From contig CP147780.1 of NCBI GenBank assembly GCA_037310415.1, positions 160,001 through 224,000 on the forward strand: a stretch of DNA of 64,000 bases, read 5' to 3'. How positions within the stretch are numbered: position 1 is the first letter of the stretch; every line of letters starts with the position of its first letter. The notes beneath the pieces were generated by a model. That model ran no database searches, was not told the origin of the DNA, and saw only the letters and a list, made by a program, of their open reading frames with translations. Source of the stretch: Candidatus Atabeyarchaeum deiterrae (GTDB lineage Archaea; Asgardarchaeota; Atabeyarchaeia; Atabeyarchaeales; Atabeyarchaeaceae). Below, one piece after another: positions 57,763-64,000 of the stretch. Position numbers and translations under genes: made by a program.

Positions 57763-57837
57763 CTAATCAACTCCTACCATCCTTCAGATCAATTAAGATC
57801 TAGTATAATATGTTGCACACTAATTAATAGTAGCGTT

Positions 57838-58326
57838 TCAGGGATACTTCGAGCGATCCAATGGTTTCAGCCCTGCTTTCAGGTGAGCTTCAATAATGGT
57901 TCGGACTGCTCTATTCAAGTTAGTCCCCAAATAGGCTAAGTGACTTGAGCATGAGCAGTCGCTTGAGCCAAACCAGTCTATGCGATGAAGAACCTCGGCC
58001 GATTCGTTTAGCAACATTGCGACTTCACACTCCTTGCGCTTTTCCAGAGTCGCTGATGTTACTACGCGCTTTACCTCAACGTCAGGACGGTCAAGAAGGT
58101 AGTCAATGTGCCACCTGATCTTCTTCTGCTCTGATCTTAGGTGGCGGGAGATCCTGTTTCTCAGGTTGGTACTACCCTTGCCCATAGCCGAACCGGTATA
58201 TCCACAGAGACCCGAGAACTTGAGTTCGCCTAGCCTGCCGACTTTCACTTGAATTAGCGCACATATTTTGATTAGTAGGGTATAGATTCCTTTGTCGTCG
58301 GATAGGCAATTCGACTCGACAGACAT
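57838..58326 (-). CDS. GIY-YIG (Uri superfamily, DUF123) nuclease-like protein
   Basis: GIY..YTGSA, RISRH, WHIDYL, FGSSDCSCSSHL. Confidence 0.85.
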   Translation of the reverse strand: MSVESNCLSDDKGIYTLLIKICALIQVKVGRLGELKFSGLCGYTGSAMGKGSTNLRNRISRHLRSEQKKIRWHIDYLLDRPDVEVKRVVTSATLEKRKECEVAMLLNESAEVLHRIDWFGSSDCSCSSHLAYLGTNLNRAVRTIIEAHLKAGLKPLDRSKYP

Positions 58327-58510
58327 ATTCTCTCTCCCCTTGAAGACAGGTCTTTTTATCTTAGAAAGATGCTCATAAACCTGATATAAAGGATAACTGG
58401 CTTCAGTAGTGCTAACGACGAGAATTTGATCGAAAGGTTATTCTGCGAGTGGCCATATTTCTTACAATTGGACGTTTCATGATCTTGCGCTATTAGGGGA
58501 CACGCGAGAA

Positions 58511-58996
58511 ATGGCATGCACATATTCCAGTGTAGAGATCCAAAGAAGCCCTGAACTCAGAGTTCTGAAGAAATGCATGTTCTTTGATAAACCATGCGCA
58601 GAGATCCGAGCAGCTAAAAAGTGTCCGTTGATAAATCGAGCAACACGTCCTGCAGAGAGACCTACACCAACCTCCGGTCGTCAGACAGGTTACAGTGATG
58701 TTTTAAACGAAGAGCTTCAGAAGTTTGAGTCAATTCCTGCTGTCGGCGGAGAATTCAAGTCAGGCGAAGAAGCTGCAGCAAGAGCTGGTCGAGCAGCTGA
58801 AAAGCCACAAGTCACAAGGGGACCAAGTGACGCTGAATTGCTGGAAGCAGAACTATCAGACTTCATGGACAAGTTTGGAGCCAAGTCAGAGAAAATGGCC
58901 GAGGAAGCAGCAGGAAGACCACCAGTCACAGAAACAAAGCGAAGCAGCACAAAGACCCAAACTGCGGCAAGGAGAAAGCAAGCAGAAGGGGTATAG
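58511..58996 (+). CDS. Hypothetical protein with N-terminal four-Cys cluster and disordered C-terminus
   Basis: C...C-x5-C-x7-C then low-complexity acidic/Ala-rich region. Confidence 0.6.
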   Translation: MACTYSSVEIQRSPELRVLKKCMFFDKPCAEIRAAKKCPLINRATRPAERPTPTSGRQTGYSDVLNEELQKFESIPAVGGEFKSGEEAAARAGRAAEKPQVTRGPSDAELLEAELSDFMDKFGAKSEKMAEEAAGRPPVTETKRSSTKTQTAARRKQAEGV

Positions 58997-59164
58997 AGCC
59001 ATAAACTGATGGCAGCCCTACATCAATGGTCGATATCAATTTGCTCGGTTATCCGCCAGCTGACTGTGAAATAGTGTTACTTGAACTGTCGCATAGGGGG
59101 TTTATGTCGATTGAGACGTGAGTCCAAACAAACTGCCGAGTATGAAGGATCACATGAAGAAACC

Positions 59165-60829
59165 ATGAGAACGCATGGTCCGCGAGTCATTAGAGCAAAT
59201 AGAGGAAACAGATTGGAGTGCAAAGGATGGCAACAGGAAGCTGCCCTCAGAATGCTTCAGAACAACCTAGATCCAGATGTGGCGAAGGATCCAGACAACC
59301 TGGTTGTCTACGGAGGAGCGGGAAAAGCAGCCAGAAACTGGGAGTGTTTTGACAATATTGTCGAGTCTCTTAAGCTACTGGAAAATGATGAGACCTTACT
59401 GATCCAGTCTGGCAAGCCTGTCGGAATACTTGAAACGCATGAGGATGCTCCGCGAGTTCTCATATCGAACGCAATGTTGGTTCCAAAGTGGGCAACCCTG
59501 GATGAGTTCAGAAGACTGGAGCAACTTGGATTGACAATGTACGGGCAGATGACTGCTGGAAGCTGGATATATATTGGGACTCAGGGAATACTCCAAGGAA
59601 CCTACGAAACGTTTGCAGCCTTAGGTAAGAAGCATTTCGGTGGAAGTCTGAAGGGTAAGCTAGTGCTCTCCGCGGGTCTGGGTGAGATGGGTGGAGCACA
59701 ACCACTCGCAGTCACAATGAATGAAGGAGTGGCTCTCGTAGTTGAGGTTGACAAGAACCATATTGAAAGAAGAATTAAGAAACAGTACTGCGACACGATG
59801 GTAGAGGGCATTGATGAAGCCATCTCAATTGCAGAGGAAGCTCTTGAGAAGAAAGAAGCGAGATCAATAGGGTTGCTCGGCAATGCAGCAGAAGTTCACC
59901 CAAAACTACTTGAAATGGGCATCAGGCCCGATGTGGTGACTGATCAGACAGCAGCACATGACCCACTGAACGGATACATACCAATGGAGATGAATCTTGA
60001 ACAAGCGACCGAACTAAGACGAGAAAACCCCGAAGAGTACATTAGGAAAGCTAAGATGTCGATGGCGACACAGGTCAAAGCCATGCTGGAGTTTCAGCGG
60101 AGGGGAAGTATAGTTTTCGATTACGGCAACAACATTCGGCAGCAAGCCCGCGATGAAGGCATCGAAGATGCATTCAAGATACCCGGATTTGTGCAGGCGT
60201 ACGTGCGCCCATTATTCTGTGAGGGCAGAGGTCCCTTCAGATGGGTCGCGCTTTCGGGTGATCCTGGAGACATCCACAGGCTCGACGACGTAGTTGCCAA
60301 GGAGTTTGCTTACAATGAAGGACTCGTGAGGTGGATCAAACTCGCAAGAGAGAAGGTCCAATTCCAAGGTCTGCCTGCCAGGGTATGCTGGCTGGGACTT
60401 GGTGAAAGAGCTAGATTCGGAAAGATAATCAATGACATGGTCAGAAAGAAGCAGCTCAGAGGTCCAATCGTGATAGGCAGAGACCACCTAGACTCAGGTT
60501 CAGTAGCATCACCTAACCGTGAGACGGAAGGAATGATTGACGGCAGTGACGCGATCGCTGATTGGCCGATCCTTAACGCGTTACTTAATGCTGTCAGTGG
60601 CGCTACATGGGTGTCAGTTCACCACGGTGGCGGAGTCGGTATAGGTTATTCTATTCATGCTGGCATGGTTATTGTGGCTGATGGAACCAAGGAAGCGGAA
60701 AAGAGACTAGAGAGAGTATTGACGGCTGACCCGTGGACTGGAGTAATACGACACGCCGATGCAGGATACCAAGACGCAATAAAAACGGCGCGGAGATTCA
60801 AACTCAAAGTTCCGATGCTTAAGGAATAA
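59165..60829 (+). CDS. hutU: Urocanate hydratase
   Basis: [53 protein letters not shown]; start set at MRTHGP. Confidence 0.97.
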   Translation: MRTHGPRVIRANRGNRLECKGWQQEAALRMLQNNLDPDVAKDPDNLVVYGGAGKAARNWECFDNIVESLKLLENDETLLIQSGKPVGILETHEDAPRVLISNAMLVPKWATLDEFRRLEQLGLTMYGQMTAGSWIYIGTQGILQGTYETFAALGKKHFGGSLKGKLVLSAGLGEMGGAQPLAVTMNEGVALVVEVDKNHIERRIKKQYCDTMVEGIDEAISIAEEALEKKEARSIGLLGNAAEVHPKLLEMGIRPDVVTDQTAAHDPLNGYIPMEMNLEQATELRRENPEEYIRKAKMSMATQVKAMLEFQRRGSIVFDYGNNIRQQARDEGIEDAFKIPGFVQAYVRPLFCEGRGPFRWVALSGDPGDIHRLDDVVAKEFAYNEGLVRWIKLAREKVQFQGLPARVCWLGLGERARFGKIINDMVRKKQLRGPIVIGRDHLDSGSVASPNRETEGMIDGSDAIADWPILNALLNAVSGATWVSVHHGGGVGIGYSIHAGMVIVADGTKEAEKRLERVLTADPWTGVIRHADAGYQDAIKTARRFKLKVPMLKE

Positions 60830-60853
60830 GCTGGTACAAGGGAAAATTGGACC

Positions 60854-61162
60854 CTAGATCTTGCTCAGTACAGAGTCCACTTTCCCTCTCATTCTTTCAC
60901 CAGACACGTCTCTTCTATCATCTATCTTGATGATGGTGCTCACTCGCTTGGCACCAGCCTTGAACAGGGCTTCGTGGGCTTCCTTAACCAAGCTCAGAAG
61001 TTTGTCGAGCGAATCAGTCTCAATTATCGTCCCCATGGGCGTTAGTTGCCACTTCACTCCCTTTGTTTGTTTGATCACTTTTAGAGCCTCAGCGATATAG
61101 GTAGACAACTCCGTGGAACTTGTTCCGAGCGGAGCAACTGACAACTCAGCCATGACTGTCAA
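60854..61162 (-). CDS. Thiamine-binding protein (MTH1187/YkoF family)
   Basis: AELSVAPLG, LTPMGTIIE, RVSTIIKIDDRRD. Confidence 0.88.
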   Translation of the reverse strand: MTVMAELSVAPLGTSSTELSTYIAEALKVIKQTKGVKWQLTPMGTIIETDSLDKLLSLVKEAHEALFKAGAKRVSTIIKIDDRRDVSGERMRGKVDSVLSKI

Positions 61163-61262
61163 GGTTCATCTTATCCTCCAATCTGAGCACAAGTCGATTT
61201 CTCTTCTCTCAGAGAGTTATTTAAGCTGTTTCAACCCTTTTTATGATTTTGGTGTCCAACCA

Positions 61263-62228
61263 TTGAGACCTCCATGCGAACTAGTCGTCAAGCACTACCT
61301 ACCAGTGATACGCTCACTCATAGCGAGGGAGCTAATGAATACTCACAAGCTGAATCAGACGCAGATCGCTAAGCTTCTCGGGATAACCCAGCCAGCCGTG
61401 AGCAACTACCTTTCCTTGATCAGAGGCGAAGCCGACAAGACCTTCGATCGAAGGGAAGTCAGGGAAGTAGCACAAGAAATGGCTGGAGACTTGGTGAAAG
61501 GCAAGCTCTCGCTATCAGACTCAATCTACACGGTCTGCAAGCTATGCGTGAAGCTAAGGAGCGCTGGAGTCACTTGCAGCCTTCACAAGGAATCAGTGCC
61601 TGAACTGTCGGAAGAAGAATGCAAAGTGTGCTTGAGACTCTTCACCGAGGAGACCGAACCAGTTTCTGAAAGAATGAATGTAGTCAACAACATAAGGGCT
61701 GCCGTCTCAAAGCTAAGCGAGTCAAAGGAATTCTTATCGGTCATTCCTGAAGTCAGAACTAATCTGGTGATGGCAACAAAGAATGCCAAGTCAGAGATAG
61801 AAGTCGCCGGCATACCTGGTAGAATCCTATTAGCCAGAGAGAAGCTGAAAACCATAAGTGATCCTGAATTTGGAGCATCATTTCACCTTGCAAGGGTGAT
61901 CCTAGCCGCCATGGAAAGAAGGAAGGAGATACGTGGAGCCATCAATATAGCATTCAATAAGAAGATAGAACAAGCGATGCGCGACCTTAACATGGACGTT
62001 TACAGATTTGGCAGAGCAGACCTACCTTCTGAAACAGTTGAGAAAGACCCTATTGCATGGGCTGTCAAAAAAGCGACAAGCGAACTGGGCAAGACACCAG
62101 ATGCCCTAGTTGACGAAGGGGGTTACGGGGTTGAACCCGCCACATACATTTTCGGTTCATCAGCGCTAGATGTCGCGGAGACAGCCATAAACATCGCGAA
62201 AATCGTGACTCAGAAGAGACAAGAATAG
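61263..62228 (+). CDS. thiR: HTH-ThiN fusion, ThiR-type thiamine regulator
   Basis: RPPCE...LNQTQIAKLLGITQPAVSNYL HTH, C-x2-H/C linker, IPEVRTN, PGRI, FGASFHLA, GGYGVEP ThiN domain. Confidence 0.8.
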   Translation: MRPPCELVVKHYLPVIRSLIARELMNTHKLNQTQIAKLLGITQPAVSNYLSLIRGEADKTFDRREVREVAQEMAGDLVKGKLSLSDSIYTVCKLCVKLRSAGVTCSLHKESVPELSEEECKVCLRLFTEETEPVSERMNVVNNIRAAVSKLSESKEFLSVIPEVRTNLVMATKNAKSEIEVAGIPGRILLAREKLKTISDPEFGASFHLARVILAAMERRKEIRGAINIAFNKKIEQAMRDLNMDVYRFGRADLPSETVEKDPIAWAVKKATSELGKTPDALVDEGGYGVEPATYIFGSSALDVAETAINIAKIVTQKRQE

Positions 62229-62319
62229 AAAGAGATCTCACAGCAAGTGTGACTCTTCTTATATCATCAATGTTAACATATGTTTCCTCGGATACAAGAA
62301 ACCAAAGAGGAGACCAGTT

Positions 62320-63321
62320 ATGGGCAAAGCGGCACTCTTACCGAAAGGGAAACTCAGAGGAGAAGAGCTCAAGAGAATTGTTCTTCAGCATCTTCCAATG
62401 CTTACTGAGTCAGCAACTCTAAACTTAGATTTCTCAAGGTTCTCAGCTGGAGGCAGAGATCTCATCGTATCATGCGATCCTATCATAGGTATTCCATCAG
62501 ACTACTATGGGTTCTCCGCTGTTCACGTACCAGGAGCAGATATAGCCGTTGCAGGAGTCAAGCCAAGATTCCTAGAACTGGGAGTATACTATCCACCTGA
62601 CTATCCTGCTGATTGGCTGGATCGGAACATGCGAGACTTAGGAGACGAAGCCAGAAGACTCGGGATCAAGATAGTTGGCGGACATACTGGTGGCTATGAT
62701 GGACTTTCTCTTCCACTAATATCATCAACCTGCATTGGCATCGTTGAGGATAGGTTATTGTCTCCCTCGCAGATAATGGCCGACGATAGACTATTGGTAT
62801 CTGGTCCCACAACACTCGAGTTGGCAGTATTCCTCTCATTTGTCGAATCCACAAAAATGGAGAAGCTTCTTGGAACCAAGAAAGTAGGCGAACTAAGAAA
62901 GGATATGAGAAAGATGACTGTCATCGAGCCAGCCCTTGCAGCAGCTGATGCTGGCGCTCGAGCAATGCATGACGTAGCCGAAGGAGGAACGTCACAGGCA
63001 TTAAAGGAGTTGTCAGAAGCCTCCAAGCTTGGCATCAAGTTGGACTACAGCAAGATACCGTGGAGCGCAGAAGGGCTTGCCGCTGCCGAAGCATATGGCG
63101 CCGATCCCCTTTCGACCTCATCTTTCGGAACCCTTCTAATAGCTGCTTCTAAAGAGAACGTTGACAGAATAATCAAAGCATTAAGTGAATATGGGAGACC
63201 TGTCAAGGAGGTGGGTCATTTCCTGGAAGGCAGCAGCATCACTGTGAAGAAGGGTGGAAAGGAATCTCGACTAGAGGTCAAAGAGGATATCTATGGGAAG
63301 TTTACGGCAAAACTCTCATGA
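62320..63321 (+). CDS. PurM/AIR-synthase superfamily protein (HypE/ThiL-like)
   Basis: GK.., SCDPI, IVGGHT, AMHDVAEGG, SFGTLL. Confidence 0.82.
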   Translation: MGKAALLPKGKLRGEELKRIVLQHLPMLTESATLNLDFSRFSAGGRDLIVSCDPIIGIPSDYYGFSAVHVPGADIAVAGVKPRFLELGVYYPPDYPADWLDRNMRDLGDEARRLGIKIVGGHTGGYDGLSLPLISSTCIGIVEDRLLSPSQIMADDRLLVSGPTTLELAVFLSFVESTKMEKLLGTKKVGELRKDMRKMTVIEPALAAADAGARAMHDVAEGGTSQALKELSEASKLGIKLDYSKIPWSAEGLAAAEAYGADPLSTSSFGTLLIAASKENVDRIIKALSEYGRPVKEVGHFLEGSSITVKKGGKESRLEVKEDIYGKFTAKLS

Positions 63322-63460
63322 TTGACATGCCCAATGAATACTGAGCGCTGAGCCTGCGAAGAGACCCTCCTCTTTTCCAAATCAGAACATTGCGAAAGGC
63401 ATAAATATATGCGACTTATATAACACCCAAATATCCCAGTCTTCGGCGGTGAAAAGTCTG

Positions 63461-64000
63461 ATGAATAGAAGCACTAAGATTTCTTCGACTTCGGAAGGGG
63501 CAAGATCCAAGATAGTTGCACTGTCAGGAATCCTTTCAGCAGTCGTGGCTCTACTAACATTCTTGTTTGTTCCTGCAGCCATTCCTCTGGGAGGATTCGA
63601 TTCCTCTTCGATACTAATCCTTTCATTGCCAATTCTATTAGGACCAGAACTCGGAACAATAATAATATGCACGGGAGAATTCATTGGGACAGCATTTCTT
63701 CTGGCAGTGATGGGCGGACCATTATTCTTCCTTCCCGGGATAGTCGCAGTCAGGGGACCGGAGGCTTACTTTGTAGGCAAGATTGCTCGTGGCAAGTTCC
63801 TCGGCGGTTCTGGAGGCAAGGGAAGAGAGACGTTAGCCGCAATCATGGGTCCGATCTGGGAGACAGTTGGGTTTATCGCTGCAGATTACTACGTCTACTA
63901 CTTGATGTTTGGACTTCAAGTGGCGATCATTAATACCTTGATTGTCGCGTGGACGATTATTGACTTGATCTGGGTTGTGCCTTCCATAGCAGTCATATCA
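63461..64000 (+). CDS. Membrane protein, probable ECF transporter S component (runs off the right edge)
   Basis: Not in the ORF track. Manual translation MNRSTK...IVALSGILSAVVALLTF...LLGPELG... is open to the window end with 5-6 TM segments. Confidence 0.7.
   Translation, partial: MNRSTKISSTSEGARSKIVALSGILSAVVALLTFLFVPAAIPLGGFDSSSILILSLPILLGPELGTIIICTGEFIGTAFLLAVMGGPLFFLPGIVAVRGPEAYFVGKIARGKFLGGSGGKGRETLAAIMGPIWETVGFIAADYYVYYLMFGLQVAIINTLIVAWTIIDLIWVVPSIAVIS

Noticed and set aside
57838-58326. GIY-YIG gene as a homing endonuclease or mobile element
   Set aside because: Matches the housekeeping DUF123 type; no intron context or flanking repeats.
63382-63933. ORF-track calls 63382-63684, 63474-63659 and 63667-63933
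   Set aside because: Shadow frames of the membrane-protein gene starting at 63461 on the plus strand.
1-64000. CRISPR arrays, IS elements, integrases, rRNA, other tRNAs, methanogenesis
   Set aside because: None seen by eye. HdrBC, FrhB and the marker-2-like gene occur in non-methanogens, and no mcr/mtr genes are present.

Overview
Gene-dense chromosomal segment of an archaeon, almost certainly Asgardarchaeota. It encodes two Rab-like GTPases, a 1DGelX-type gelsolin, two uDENN/longin-like proteins, an OST5/TMEM258-like protein and eL13, alongside archaeal TBP/TFB, HdrBC, form III RuBisCO and geranylgeranyl reductase. No mobile element, CRISPR array or rRNA was seen. Housekeeping content: purS-purQ-purL-purF, pyrE, gltX, rpoK, hutU, an R15P isomerase/RuBisCO pair and a putative ThiR/thiamine-salvage locus. 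The main result is a clustered selenocysteine machinery (pstK, tRNA-Sec, SepSecS, selB) within about 9 kb. Its tRNA-Sec gene (48757-48935) can be reconstructed by hand as a 92-nt 9/4 tRNA-Sec interrupted by three bulge-helix-bulge introns (D-loop, variable-arm loop, T-loop). A splicing endonuclease with a crenarchaeal-specific-loop-like insert lies about 6.6 kb away. Other notable signals: a promoter-bearing 96-nt K-turn RNA with an anti-Shine-Dalgarno-like pyrimidine loop (21564-21659); three tandem TATA boxes in front of tbp; a probable CUG start for selB; a head-to-head catalytic/degenerate (eIF2B-alpha-like) R15P isomerase pair; and a tandem uDENN/NPRL2-like pair. All family calls are from motif recognition by eye; no searches were run.
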